A stretch of 64,000 bases of DNA from Eledone cirrhosa (taxonomy: Eukaryota), in assembly GCA_964016885.1 (NCBI GenBank), contig OZ024741.1:145142001-145206000 (forward strand), written 5' to 3'. A program made the translations under genes and the position numbers. The notes beneath the pieces were generated by a model. That model saw only the letters and a list, made by a program, of their open reading frames with translations, made no database searches and was not told the origin of the DNA. Positions 13,716 through 27,624 of this stretch are shown one piece after another; the first letter of the stretch is position 1, and each line of letters opens with the position of its first letter.

Positions 13716-13791
13716 CTAGAACTGTCTCATTCGAAGAAAATCACCAGGAAAGGCTTTCCTGGTGATTTCCTTAAAATCTAACAGTTCTAGT
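13716..13791 (+). repeat. Long hairpin with hammerhead-like geometry and decayed core
   Basis: actagaactgt/acagttctagt outer stem; aaatcaccaggaaag/ctttcctggtgattt inner stem. Confidence 0.7.
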
Positions 13792-13889
13792 CCTGTAGAA
13801 GCAATTTCTATATTAAATTTGTTGTACACACTCTACTAATGTATTTAGTACCATACTATCGTTACCCCTGATTGAATCCACTCACATAT

Positions 13890-14160
13890 ATCATCATCAC
13901 CGTTTTACGTCTATTCTTCCACGTAGCATAGGTTAGACGGGTTGTCCTGTTGTGGGCAATGCCAGGTCAGGTGACCTTGTCTTGCTCAGACGGGAACTAA
14001 TTTTGGCTTGATGTCTACAACTGGATGCCCTTCCTAACACCAACCTCATTTACAGTGAGTAGTGGGTGCTTTTTTTACCATGGCGCCTACACGACCACTT
14101 TACAGTGTGGGCTGGGTGTTTTTTTTTGTTGTGACACCTACATGACCACTTTACAGTATA
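13890..14160 (-). mobile_element. RTE-derived bipartite short element (related copies at ~12415-12700, 25265-25400, 26325-26600, 51770-51970)
   Basis: (CAT)n + ttttacgtc..ccacg/tgctagcat..gacggg fused to ctggatgcccttcctaacaccaacc and cactttacagtg units. Confidence 0.8.
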
Positions 14161-14255
14161 TGCTTCAGCTTCGGCTTGTACCCTTGGGAAGTCAGTCTTC
14201 TAAATTACATATATATATATATATATATGTAATACAGAAGACCCGACTTTGTATT

Positions 14256-14297
<42 letters not shown>

Positions 14298-14719
14298 AAT
14301 ACATTAACCATTCCTTATTTGTTGCCATTGTCTGTCTGTTTATCTTCTTATCAATATTCCATTATCATTAATTATGCGTGTGTGTGATTGTATTTTGTAT
14401 GTTATGTATATAACATACAAAATATATGTATGAATGGATGTTTTATGTATAATCAGGTACAGAAACAGTCAAACATTAATTAATTAGTTATTCAATACAT
14501 ATAAGTAGAGTATAGATTTTATTGTGTAAGGAGAAGCTTGACAATGACTTCAACATTTTGCCAGTGGTCAGTTTCTTGCACACATATACAATTTTTTGTA
14601 TGTATATGTAAATATATGTTTATATGTACATACTTGTATATATTATGCATACACATACATATATACATATATATTCATCATTTAACATCTGTTGTTTCAT
14701 GCTGGCATGGGTTTTGTTG

Positions 14720-14759
<40 letters not shown>

Positions 14760-15849
14760 CAGAGAGAGAGAGGGAGAGAGAGAGTGAGAGACTATATATG
14801 TGCGTATGTGTGTAAGTGTGTGTTTGTGCAAATATTAGTGTGTATACGTTTGTGTGCAAACATATGTAATCATATAAATAAAAGAAATAGGAACATGGCT
14901 GAAAGTTAGAATCGATGTCTCTATACATGTATATATGTGTTCATGTGAATATGTGTTCATGTCTAAATAAGTGAATTCCTGTATAATTTTCTCACAATGC
15001 TAAAAGACATTTTGTATTGTTGATTATTGCTTTGACCGAGAAGCTGTCTGTTGGAAGATTAATACAATGGCTGGCATCATGCAGATGGCATATAATAAAG
15101 CTAATGAGAGTAAGTACTTTATTTGTCAGACATGAAATAATTGCAAACTTAGTGAGGAAATACACTTGCTTTTTGTTGTTGTTTGTTTAGTTTTTATCAA
15201 ATGCTTATTCATAATATTTCTTTTACAGCAATAGCTGGTTACAAATAATACACAGCAGATTAAGCACATTGAATATCATATATAACACAAACCCTCTGTA
15301 ATTTGTCTCTCTTCTTTAACCTTGTGATTGTATTTATGTTGAAATATATTCCCTACACGTTTTAATTAATTGTAGAAATCATTGAGAGTTTACAGAGATT
15401 TAACATAATAATTAAATACAGTTTTTGGAACATAACTTAAACGTTTTAGACATAAAATTGAGACAGAAGGGTTTAATTCAAATAAAGGATGTTGCTTAAT
15501 TACTTTACTGCTAAGAAATGTGAATAAAAAAGAGACCATACTGAATGTTTGAAAAGCTGCCTATTTGCAGTAAAACAAGCACACCATCACTATAAAGCTA
15601 ATTATGGCTCACTGTGTATGAACACTTTAAAATGTCTGTCATGGTCAATTTTCCTTTTCATCCTTTCAAGGTTGATAAATGAAATATCAGTCCACTACTG
15701 GGGTTGATGTTTTTGCTTTTTCTCTTCCCCCCCCCATTCCTTCTTTCTCTTTCTCTGAAAGAAATCAACTGTGTTCACACCTGAAGAGAGACAGACTCTG
15801 CAAGGTTTAAATTCCCAAGATATGCCTGATGTCACAACATTATTCTTAC

Positions 15850-16042
15850 TGGTGGGTTGGCAGTATCGGTAGCACGCCAGGCACCATGCTTTGCAGCATA
15901 GAGTTATGGCCCTTTACATTCTGAGCTCAAATCCTGCTGAGGTTAACTTTGCCTTTCAACCTTATGGCCTTGATAAAATAAAGCAACAGTAATGCAATGG
16001 GATAATTGCAGGCCTTGCGTAAAAAGCAGAAACAATTATTCT
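15850..16042 (+). mobile_element. MetaSINE-like SINE
   Basis: Same head, central domain and tail as 5570-5790. Confidence 0.8.
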
Positions 16043-17129
16043 TATGACTTCTTCAGACAGTCAGGGTACATGGATGCTGATTTTCTGTCCATTTTTTTCA
16101 AGCTTGCATTGGTTGAATTTATGTTTTGGCATGGTGTTTCTAGCTGAATACCCTTCCTATCACCAACTATCTTATAACTTAGACTGGATGTACTTTATAA
16201 TGTCACCAGCACTAAAGGTGTTGTCTGTCAGGACTTAAGAGTCCTCTCTATTTTTAATCACTTTTTATTCAGAGTAATGAACTGGATTCACTATAGCTTA
16301 TGGAAATCTGGGTACCATGCTTTCACAAAAGGGTTTAGGTGTCTATGCTGGTGTGATCAGATACAGACACTCTCTCAACCTTTTCTCCTTTGATCTAGCA
16401 TAACATCCAGGATGTGACAGTTGGATTGAGAGAGAGAGAGAGAGCGAGAGAGAGAGTGCTGTATCAGTAATTGGTTGGTATTTTTTTATCAGCCCCAAAT
16501 GGATGCAAAGAAAACTGGAACCTAGACACAGAGACTTGGAGCAAAAATATCCAACATGCTAATGACCTCTGCCAAATGGACCAATTTTTCATATATATAT
16601 ATATATACTTACACATATACACACATGCATGCACACACATATACACATATATATAGTGAAAAGTTAGTGCCCAATGGCTGAGCTCAAGCTGTCAGGGACT
16701 AACTTTTCGCTTAACATACACTCTACTTTCCTGAGTATCAAGTACTTAGCTGAATATGGTTTTATTAGTCTAAACTGGTAATTCCCAATATATATATGGA
16801 AAAATGGATGCTAAACGATGATGATGATATATATATATATTAGAAAAATATGTTGTTTATGTATTTGTAAATGTGTGTGTAATATGAAATGATTATTTAA
16901 TATGTGACTGATACAAACCATCATTATTTGTTTTACTTTGAATACAACGTAATAAATCTTGTGCAATACATAATTGGTAATGTGTCTCTTTTTTTGGTAA
17001 TAATGATCAGAATATTTTTTCCAGAAATCATTTATCATAATTTCTTCTATATTGAAATGGATTTTATCAAATTGAAGCAAATATCAAAATTTAGACTATT
17101 TATTTATTGACATGAAGCTAATAATAATA

Positions 17130-17560
17130 AGGATTTTTTTTTTTTTTTGTTAACCACAAATGGTTCACAAGAAAACATTAAGGATGGCACAAGTATGGGT
17201 TATCATGTAAAAATATAGTAACAGAAACAACATTTAATATTAAAACAAAAGAAAAATGTCCAATTATGGGAAGACTTCTGATAGTCACTCATAGAGAAAG
17301 CTCACAAAAGTGCCACAACCAGGACAAATGACCCCTTGTAAGTATCCTCATAAATTTACTACTCAGAGTAGGCCACTTCTCTCAGACCATATCTGCCACT
17401 CTCATCCACTTTTCCAGAAACTGGATGGAAGGCAATATTTCCCTCTCCACCTTGATTTTCCTGTTCAAATGAAACTTGGAAATGATAATCTCTGCTTCGC
17501 CAAAATGGAAACTGTCTGCCCTTAACCCTGTTGTTTATGTCCTTATGGATTCATTTGTAT
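17130..17560 (-). mobile_element. Probable L1/Tx1-like LINE 3' fragment with poly(A)
   Basis: Minus strand reads ..KFHLNRKIKVEREILPSIQFLEKW..; A-run tail (T-run at ~17134-17148 on +). Confidence 0.45.
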
Positions 17561-17714
17561 TACAATTGATTTTAAAATAAGTGTATTATCAATTTTTGCC
17601 TCAGTTTTCAGGTTGACAATTGGCAGGATTTGGGAAAGAAACAGAATTCAAGGGAAGTTTCAGATAATAAAAATGATAATTCTTTCTACTTTTGGCACAA
17701 TAATAAAAATAATA

Positions 17715-18463
17715 ATAAGAGTCAAATGTTTGGCTTCATCTTATTATATCTACACATAATTTGATAGCAAAAACTTAAACATCATGATTTCCACAATGGA
17801 GATGCTAGCCTGGATCACAAAAGGAATAACATTCCTCTTACTCCAAAAATGAAGAAACTGATGAAATTAAGAATTACAGATCAATAATATGCCTGTCCAC
17901 TACATATAAAATTTTCACATCTCAGCACAGCCTGGATAGACTATCAAAAAGTGTTTGATATTGTCCCCCATTCACAGATTCTTCAATCTTTTGAAATTTA
18001 CAAAATTTCCCCTATAATCATAAATACTTTGAAATACAGTATGGGTTTACGGAAAACAACTCTTTTCTTGAAACCCAGCAAAGGGACAACATATTCACAA
18101 GAGATCTCGATATGCAGAGGAATATTCCAGAAAGACTCACCCTCACTCCTCTTCTTTATAGCATTAATCCCTCTTTCTCATGAACTAAGGAATGCACCTA
18201 TTGTTTCAAAATTAAAGAAAGCCTTTTTAGCTATCTCTTCTATATGGAGAATCTTAAGTTCTTCACAAAAGATGATAATAAATTGGAGGATCTGCTCAAG
18301 AGAATAAAACACTTTTTGCAATGACATAGACATGGATTTTGGTCTTGATAAATGTGAAAAATTAACCTTGAAGAAAGGCAAAGCAATTGTAAATTCTAAC
18401 ACACCTTTGGACATAAAAACAAAATAAGCGAACTTGAACACAAAGATCTACATATATGTATGA

Positions 18464-18502
<39 letters not shown>

Positions 18503-19405
18503 TGTGTGGGGGGGGATAAATCACATCCATATGTAAGAAAATTTCAGAAAAAGTACTAAAAAAGAGTACGATTCACAGAGCTTAATTAAACACAAAGATC
18601 AATTCAAAGAATAGAATATGTGCAATAAAAAGCTTAGTGGTACTTGCTGTTCAGTATAGCTTTGATATAATTAACTGGACAGTGTGACAAAAAAAATCAC
18701 AAGAATAGATACTAAGAGGTGTAAACTTATCACATGTCACCGCATGCATCGCCCTATGGTAGACATTGATCGACTCTACCTGTCCAGATCTGAGGGAATC
18801 AGAGATCTTATCCACTTGGAGCTCTCCTAAAAGACACCAACAAAGAACTTTACTCTGTGATAAAAGCAAAGAGCCAAATATAAATGGAACATAATCTAAA
18901 CACAGTTGAGACAGGAAACTCCTCTACCACCGACAGTGGCAGCAAAGGCCTAAACCATAAAAGCAAATGAAGCAACGCTTGAGTATATGAAAACTAAATT
19001 ACAAAAATATACCTCTACATGACCAGTACTTGACTCAAACAATGAAAGCTGGTGTAAACAAAATGCAGACTCATCAGTGGCTATGCAGTTCAGGACTAAA
19101 AACTAACACAAAAAGTTTCATACTGGCTGCACAAGACTAAGTGCCTTGTCACAAAAATTATCAGGCAAATGTGTTGGGAAAAAATAATGATTCAAAATGT
19201 AGGTTCTGCGACAGAAATACTGAAACTGTATATATAATATCTGCCTGCACCAACTTAACACTGTCTGAATACAAAAACAGACATGACAGAGTGGGGCAGT
19301 ACATCCACTGAAAAATATGCAAATTCTATGGAAATGAAACAATGAAAACTGGTATCAACGCATCCAGATCTGGTAACAGAAATTGATAATGTCATAATAC
19401 TGTGG
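17715..19405 (+). mobile_element. Decayed Dong/R4-type LINE (RT to zinc knuckle), cut by the next element
   Basis: FDIVPH, RGIFQKDSPSLLFFIAL, MDFGLDKC; later RHDRVG..H W and TILW remnants; (AAT)-rich 5' flank. Confidence 0.85.
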
Positions 19406-22400
19406 AAGGGCGTCCCTCAGGGAGAGGCCAATTTGATGTCAAAAAGACATCCACTAGCACAAATTCTTCTCCGAATATGGACCTGGATGGTCACTTGAAT
19501 GGGTACTGCCCCAACTCAAGCCCTCCGAGCTCATGACACAAACACCACAAAAAGAAAAATGTAAAAGGATTAAATGAACCTGGGAAGAGTATAAAGAAGT
19601 AATATATGCTTATTACTATGCAATAGGTAAGCCATCACAAGAGAGACATACTGCAAACTCTTACAAAATATGGAGAACACTAATTCAAGATAGCAGACTT
19701 TATTTGGATAAAAACAGCTTATCAAACTTTAAGAGGGGTGCCTTCAGAAATAATTGACTCACAGATATGGAATTAATTGTGATAAGGCATGCAGTGGAAT
19801 AAGACTTAAATATAAGTCAAGAACGAAATGAAGAATCAAATAAAGATGAAAATAGTTATGAAATAGGATAGATCCAGAATCTGAAGACCAAATATTTGCT
19901 GAAGAACACAGAATTTATGATGGATATGAAGCAACAAATTCTGAATGTGCTTGAGTTGTTAGAAATACAAGTATGAATGATAGAGAACAACTTCAAAAAC
20001 TCACAAATAAAAACAAAAAAATAACTTTAATGAAAATCAGTAACTATGCATCAAAAGAAATCATACAAGAATTAGAACCTGATATTACTGAGTTAATAAA
20101 ATTATTTACGCATTTGATAGAGTAATTGAAACAAGTTGAATGCCACCGAAAAAACTAAGAAACCTTAACTAAAGAAGAAAGCAACAATGGAGAAGTACAA
20201 TTGAAAAAGATTGAATTACCGGTAGGGGAAATATCATTATTAAATGTACTAATCTCTGGAAATAATGTAAGATCCAGAAAATGAAGAAAGTTAAGGAGAA
20301 AATATGGATTTTCACCTAGAGAGAGTTGAAAAGGAAGCACTGAAACAAAAAGTCTATATGAAGATTTGAGAAGAGAAATAATTTTTACAATCAAAATATG
20401 TTGTTCACATCCAATACTAAATTCTTTTACAGAGAAATAGGGGAGGAGAAAATAACCATTGAAGATCCTCTTTCCATGGATGAAATTGAATACTTTAGGA
20501 GAAAGGTTTGGAATGATGAGAAGACATAAAATGAAAATGTAGATTGGATTAGACACAGAAGAATCCTACAAATATTTGCAAGAACAAACATGGGAAGACA
20601 TCTCAATAGCACACCTAATGATGGCACTCCTAAAGGCTCATCATCATCATCATCATCATAAGTGGAAATCTCCTGGTAAAGATAGCGTGCCAAATTTCTG
20701 GCTTTCATCGCTCTCATGCACACACAAAAAGTTAGTCCAGCTGTTCAATGTAATTATGAAAGATCCTGAAAAACACCTGACTGAAGAGCCATTACTTACC
20801 TACTCCCAAAGAATAATGAAACCAAAGATAAAAAAAACTATCCATCACATATAATGTTTTAGCATCTATTCTCATGGAGCAAACATGCATTTATGGATAA
20901 GAGCAATCTTTCCCCTATTGGGAACTGATGAGTTTCATATGGATGTGAAAATCAACCCTTAATTAATCGTATGATACTTGAGAACTGTCATAACAAGTGC
21001 AGAAATCTCAGTTCCCGATGATTGATCATAAAAAGGCTTTTGTAATCTTGGATTCTGAAATCGCTGGACATCTTCAAAATTTTTCCTGTAATTTCAAACC
21101 TTCTGAAACAATATGTCATTGTGGAATTCAAATCGCCAATTATATCATGCCAATGGAGTACTAAGTTCAAACAATATTAGCATTGACTGTGGCATTTTCC
21201 AAAGTGACTCCTTTTCATCTCTAATATTTTGCATAGCTCTATTGAACTTAACAATCGAACTTAACAAAACAATGTATGGTTATAAAATTGACAACAGGAA
21301 AATAAGCCATCTATTTTATATGGATGACTTAAAACTATATGGCAAAGACAATCATGAGCTTGAAGGCCTTTTACATACAGTGAAAGCATTCAGTGATGAC
21401 ATCAGTATGGAGTTTGGGATTGATGTGTGTGTCAAGGCCATTTTCAAGAACGAAAAGTTGTTAAACTCAAGTTCAGTCCAATTAGATGTTGAAATAGTTG
21501 TAAAAGAACATGAAAGAGAAGATAAGGAATAACAGAGTACGAGCAATTTTGAAATTTGAGATAAATGCCGAAATTTGAGCTAAAGGTGTTAGCCATTAAT
21601 TCTTTAACAGTTCCAGTTGTTAGTTATAGTTATGTGTTGAACTGGAATACCAGTGAAATAAAGAGAATTGACACAAACATTCCTAAGTTGCTGACTTGTA
21701 ATAAGATGCACCACCCAAACACATGTAGATTGTCTTTACCTTTCCAGAACTCAAGTGGGCTGTGGCTTCACCCAGTTTAAACGTTCTTACAAAACCACAA
21801 CGATTGGACTGGCCAAATATCTTGAAACAAAAAACGACTGGATGCTGAAAATTGCTGAAAAAGATGAGAGGAGTAAGAGCTTCATTCTATCTTGAAAGAG
21901 AGAAAAAAGTGTGTTACTGATCTCATGACTAATATCCAGGGAACTATGACAACTGTTGTTGAAAAGTAAGTCAAATTAATGGTTAAGAAAAATTGCATGA
22001 ACAATTAACATCGAAATGGGAGCAGAAACAGCTGCATGGCAAATATTTGGCCCATAGCAAACAAGCTGATGTTGACCAGAAGCACATCCATCAATGGTTA
22101 TGTTGCTCAAAGCTAAAGGCAGAGAATGAAGGCTTTATCTTAGCTGCTCAAGTTCAACACTTATTAACACGGAACTAACAATCCAATATGATAAAAATTG
22201 AAGTAAATCCAAAGTGCTGATTCTGCAATGATGAGATTGAAATGGTGGACCACTTAATCCCTGGATGTAAAGATTTAGCACCAAGACATGACAGAGTTGG
22301 CCAATATCTACTCTGGTTAATATGTCAGCATTATAAAATCAAAACTGCTGACAAGTTGTATAAGCATTACCCTGTGGGAAAAAATGTAACAATTCTTTGG

Positions 22401-23035
22401 GACTTTCCTGTACATACAGACAGAACCACCAAAACTAATAAACTGGATATTATTGTAAAATACCAAAATAACAAAGTATGTTTATTGATTGATATGAGCA
22501 TCTCATGTGATCACAATATTGTAGCAAAAGAATTTGAAAAGCTCAGAAAATATAAAGATTTGCTCATTGAAATTGGAAAAATGTGGCATCGCAAGGCAGT
22601 TAGATAGTAGGAATACTAGGAATGATATAAAAGCAACAGAAAATTATTTGAAAATGATCCCTGGCTTACCATCACTGAAAGAGATTCAAAAAATTATTTT
22701 AATTCATACAACACATTGAGAAGAGCAGTATCACTGTGAAAATGATAATCCTATATATAAACTTTTTTTTTGTAAATAATTGAGCACTCTTATATGATTG
22801 ATTATCATTCTGTTGTAAATATATTTTAAATGGATAATGTGCACATGTATAAAGCAAATGTTATAGTTGTAATTGTGTAAAGTGTGTGACCTGAACAAAC
22901 TGGTGTGTTTATTTTTGTGGTTTAACAATGTATGCAATGAGTTTCTTTGCTTTAGGTGCCGAGAAGACACTCAGCAATAAATGGAAACAAAACTAAAGAA
23001 AGAGTAAAACACAAATAATATTAATAAAAATAATG
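19406..23035 (+). mobile_element. Near full-length decayed Dong/R4-type LINE with restriction-like endonuclease
   Basis: N-terminal EEYKEVIYAYYY; WKSPGKD; GIFQSDSFS; HLFYMDDLKLY; LHGKY; ILAAQ; RHDRVG; ILWDFPVHTDR..KLDII..LIDMSI..EK..KY; AAT-rich tail. Confidence 0.92.
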
Positions 23036-23315
23036 ATGATTTCTGATTTAGGCACAAGGCCAGCAATTTTTCAGGGAGGGCAAAGTCGATTAAATCGACC
23101 CCAGTATGTTACTGATGCTTTATCAGTGAGATTTCAATGCAGAACGTAAAGGGCCGTAACTCTATTCCACAAAACAGGGTATCTGATGCTCTACTGATAC
23201 TGCCAATTCACCACCTAATAATGGTTTCTGATTTAGGCACAGGGCCAACAATTTTAGAGGAAAGGGAAAGTCGATTAAATTGACACTGGTGCATTACTGG
23301 TACTTTATTTTATCG
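23036..23315 (-). mobile_element. Two MetaSINE-like copies
   Basis: ttctgatttaggcacaaggccagcaa...tcgattaaatcgaccccag..actggtactttattttatcg. Confidence 0.75.
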
Positions 23316-23539
23316 CTTTCATTTACTGGCAACAAGGGTGCTCAACATTGGTGACAATTCAAAGGTAAAAACAACAGAATGCAATATGGGATTCACAAGT
23401 AAATAGAAGGGGAAATCAACAAAATAGTAGATAGTAACAATGATTGTATTAAATAGTAATGATATTGATATAAAGATATAAGAAAATTCAACTTGGAGAA
23501 GTTCCTAAATATGAGAGTATAGCACTTTAGGCTATTCTT

Positions 23540-24300
23540 GGGAAAATCACAGAATACTCTGTTGCATCAAGGACATTAGATGCACTCTGTTTCCTTCACT
23601 TTGTTTCCTTCAGTTTAGAAAAACATAGTCAGATTAGGATCATTTAGCCTTGTCAATCTCACCATTCTCACCTATCTTTCATAAAGCACACTTCCCCCAA
23701 CAACATCTTGATTTACTCTAACATACTACTTTGCAATGCGGAATACTTCACGTCCTCTGATCCTCACATCTGAAGAAGTTGGCAAACTTTCATTTTTCAG
23801 CTTTTATCTGAGCTGGTTATACTTGTTGTCTAGCTTCTTTCTTAGCTATCTGGTACTGGTCTCTGCTACCCCCATTTTCCCAGTCTTTCCATGTTTGTCT
23901 CTTGGTTTTAATGACTCTATCCACTATGCTGTTCCCCCACCACGTCACCCTCTGTCTGGCTGGTGTTTTACTCCAGCCACAAGTCTCATCAGTTGTTTAC
24001 AAATGGTTGTCACATAGGAATTTCCAGTTGTCCTCTATATTATATGTACCTAGCTCATCACCCATCTCATCTACTGCATCCTGTAGGGCTTTTCTAAACA
24101 TATATTTAACTGAAAAATCCTTTAGCTTACAAACCCTCTGCCTCTATATTTTCCTGCGTATCTTGTTCTGTCTTGTGTTTATTTTGATGTCACTAACAAC
24201 TAACTTGTGTTGGGTGGTACATTTTACCCCAGGGAAAGCCTTAGTATTCATTACAGTCCATTTATCTCATTGTCTTAAGAGTAAGTAATCAATTTGGCTT
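23540..24300 (-). mobile_element. RTE LINE fragment (end of EN to linker)
   Basis: Minus strand homologous to 60180-60800 (YPGEECTPQH.LVV, WKFL.DN.., TWW.NS.VD). Confidence 0.85.
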
Positions 24301-24329
24301 ATACATATATATATATGTATATATATATA

Positions 24330-24612
24330 TAAGGTGTAATGAATGACCATGGAAATTTGCCTGGGCAAGGTGTTTTTGTGGAAGACCAGCATTTGCCCAT
24401 GCATGTCACTTTCCCTTCTCCATGTAACCAATGTTGTCCAAGGGAAAGGCAAAGGCTGATACAGTTTGGCACCAGTGATATCACAACTTATTTCTACATC
24501 TGAGTGTACATGAAATGAAGTGTCAAGAACACCAAGCATCACTTGGTCTGGGAATCGAACCCACAACATCACAATTGTGAATCCAACTCATTAACTACTA
24601 AGCAATGTGCCT
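24330..24612 (-). mobile_element. tRNA-derived CORE-type SINE
   Basis: Minus strand: gcacattgcttagtagttaatgag..gggttcgattcccagacc..gttcttgacacttcatttca. Confidence 0.75.
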
Positions 24613-24671
24613 TGCATTCACGCACACACATATATGTCTACATAGGTGTATGCATGTAAGCATATATGTAA

Positions 24672-24975
24672 GAAAATGAATTTGAAAATGAAACTGGAGT
24701 CTTTAAGAAGATTTATTTACAATGACGTATAACTTTACTGGTTTCACAAGTTTCATGATTTTTAAATGTTAAGAGAGATGGAGAGCTATCTAGCTATGCC
24801 AACTTTTAAATCATAGATGAAAGTGAGAGTTAAAAATCAGCATAGTCACACATCTCTCCATCTCTGTTAACTTTTGAAAATCATAAAACTTGTGAAACCG
24901 GTAAAGTTATAAATCATTTAAAATAAACTCTCTTCAAAACTCCAATAGCATTTTCAACCCATCTTTTTCCCATAT
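24672..24975. mobile_element. Fold-back Penelope-like pLTR pair (~120 bp arms) carrying a variant HHR
   Basis: Arms taactttactggtttcacaagtttcatgattttt..agagatggagag and ctctccatctctgttaacttttgaaaatcataaaacttgtgaaaccggtaaagtta. Confidence 0.75.
24868..24909 (+). ncRNA. Candidate minimal HHR with U3-A8 core (UUGAAAA)
   Basis: Stem I taactt/aagtta; TTGAAAA; very short stem II; GAAA; palindromic ACCGGT stem III; GUA site at 24903. Confidence 0.45.
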
Positions 24976-25019
24976 TTTTTACTCATGAACAAAACACAGG
25001 ATATGTATATCAACTATAC

Positions 25020-25071
<52 letters not shown>

Positions 25072-25696
25072 TTACACACACACACATACACATATACATA
25101 TATATATGTGTGAATGTGTATATATGTTGTGTGTGTATGAGTGTGTGATATGTGTATATATATATATATAGTAGTATAGTTAATATATATATCCTGTGTT
25201 TTGTTCATGGGAACAAGCCTACAGATACAAATTAAAGTATTCAAAACTTCAAGGGCTGGAGTGAGTCATCATCATCATCGTTTAACGTCCATCTTCCACG
25301 CTAGCATGGGTTTGGACGCGAATTTTCCCACTTGAGGCAAGATTGGTTGTCTTGCTCGTATAGGACTGTCTGGCGGGTTTTCTACGGCTGGATGCCCTTC
25401 ATATATATGATTTATGCATAATTTTACAGAACTAAATCAATTTTGATCCCTAAAGAATCAAAATGGATTTAATTACATAAACCTAGGTTGCAAACATACA
25501 TCCTCACATATACATTCATGTATATAAATACACACACACACACACATATTAACATCATCATCATTATTTATGTCTATATTCCAGGCTTGTATGAGACAAG
25601 TCAGGTCAAGAAACCACATCTTGCTCATACAGATATATATTTTGGCGTGGTTTCTACAATTGGATGCCCTTACTAATGCTAACTAGGTTACAGTAG

Positions 25697-25732
<36 letters not shown>

Positions 25733-25789
25733 AAATAAAAAAGGAAAAAAATATATTTTTCTTCCTAATAATCGTCTTTTTCTCCCTGT

Positions 25790-25838
<49 letters not shown>

Positions 25839-26019
25839 CATATATATAGATATTCATACATATATATATATATATACATACACTCACATACATACATAGC
25901 ACAACACGAATGACCGTAAGTAATCTAGAAGTTTTGATAATTATGTAAATATCTGAGTGTATATGTATATATATACATATATATACACATGTATGTTTGT
26001 GTGTGTAGTATGTGTATGT

Positions 26020-26232
26020 GTTCAAGGGTGAGTCTTTTGTGCATGCGTATATACACATATAGGAACGATCGACTTTCGTCAAATCGGACCGAGGGAACAA
26101 CTCCAGGTAGAAAGAGCAACGTGAAATAAAGTGTCTTGCTCAAGGACATAACACATCGCCTGGTCCAGGAATCGAACTCACAACCTTACGATTGCGAATC
26201 CAATTCTCTAACCACTCAGCCACACACCTTCA
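26020..26232 (-). mobile_element. tRNA-derived CORE-type SINE
   Basis: Minus strand: tggctgagtggttagagaattggattcgcaatcgtaaggttgtgagttcgattcctggacc..gtccttgagcaagacactttatttcac. Confidence 0.85.
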
Positions 26233-26238
26233 CTATAT

Positions 26239-26274
<36 letters not shown>

Positions 26275-27624
26275 ATTCAAATTTATTATTATTACTATAT
26301 ATATATATATAAATATATATATATCATCATCATCATCATAACCATTTAACATCCATTTTTCCATGCTAGCATGTGTTAGACAAGTTGTCCTGCTGTGATA
26401 AGAATGACTATGTCTTGCTCATACAAAACTGTTTCTGACTTGGTTTCTACAGCTGGATGCCTTTCTCAATGCCAACTATGTTTACAGTGTGGACTGGATG
26501 CTTTTTGTCATGACACTTACATAACCACTTTACAGTGTGAACTGAGCACTTTTTGTTGTGGCACCACAATGGCCAGTTTTCAGTGTGGACTGGAACTGGG
26601 GTGGGGGAGATACATGGGGATTGGTAAGGTAGATCTAATGTGGGACACTTATCTAGAGAAGGGTGGGGGTATAAAGACAGGAATGAAGGCTGGGGTGTTA
26701 GGACATATGTGGAGCGTTATGTGGTGGGAGATGCAAGGAGGGAGCGACGTGGATGAAAGGAGGGGTGTTAGCATGTTGAGCATGATATAGTAACCTGACC
26801 TAGCATTGCTCACAACAGGATAACTCATCTAACCCATGCCAGCACAGAAAAATGGATGTTAAATGAGGATGATGATGATGATGATGTGTGTGTAAGAATG
26901 CATGTTTTTGTGTGTTTGTGTATGCCATAAGGTTGTGCCACAGCATGGTAACAGTCTAATGACTGAAATCATTACATGAATACAAGAATAAAAAAAAATA
27001 TTATCAGTATCTGCAATCTAAATAATTTGAGTATTTGTAATGTTGTCGGGGAACAAAGATTTAAATCTCAGTGTTTGCCAAAGAAAGAAAGTTTTACTCT
27101 GCTTTGTTTGTTTATTAGTTTTATTCTTTTTATTTTATCTTCTTTTGGAACTTTAAATCGTTAGAATTGAGATGATTTTACAAACAGCAAGTGGTGATAG
27201 GGTTTGATCTAAAACTGAAATTCAAAATTAAAGCAAAATCCAATTAAAAAACTGAAACATCTCTTTGTTGTTTTCAAAATCAAATTTGCATTGTTTTAAT
27301 TGAATTTTGATACAAGTTTGAATCACAATTTTATTTTATTTCTTTTTGGGTCTTCCTTCCCCAATCCTACCTTGATGGACAACTTCAAGTAGCTTATCGT
27401 GCAGAATAAAAAAGCTAAATGGAAGGAGAATTGTGAAAGATTTAAGACTAAAATCGTATGTGAGTGTAATAAAAACCATTTGATCACAGTTTTCAACTTT
27501 ATTCTCAAACTCATACAAGCTTTAGACATGTATATTCTCAAATTCATACACGATAAAACTTTAAATGTATATCGTACAAGATAAAGTATAAGATGTGTAA
27601 CTAATGATTTAGATGTGCATGTCA

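Larger units (their letters stand above)
11005..15100 (-). other. Further candidate minus-strand exons 15100-14996, 11245-11214, 11105-11005
   Basis: cattag|..|gtgaga, ggtctcag|..|gtgagt, tttcag|..|gtatga; the three join in frame (FIICHLHD..CLLAFCCHIQDVDRLTCDVGSGAQRLKKDGVDKMQK*), unrecognised. Confidence 0.2.
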
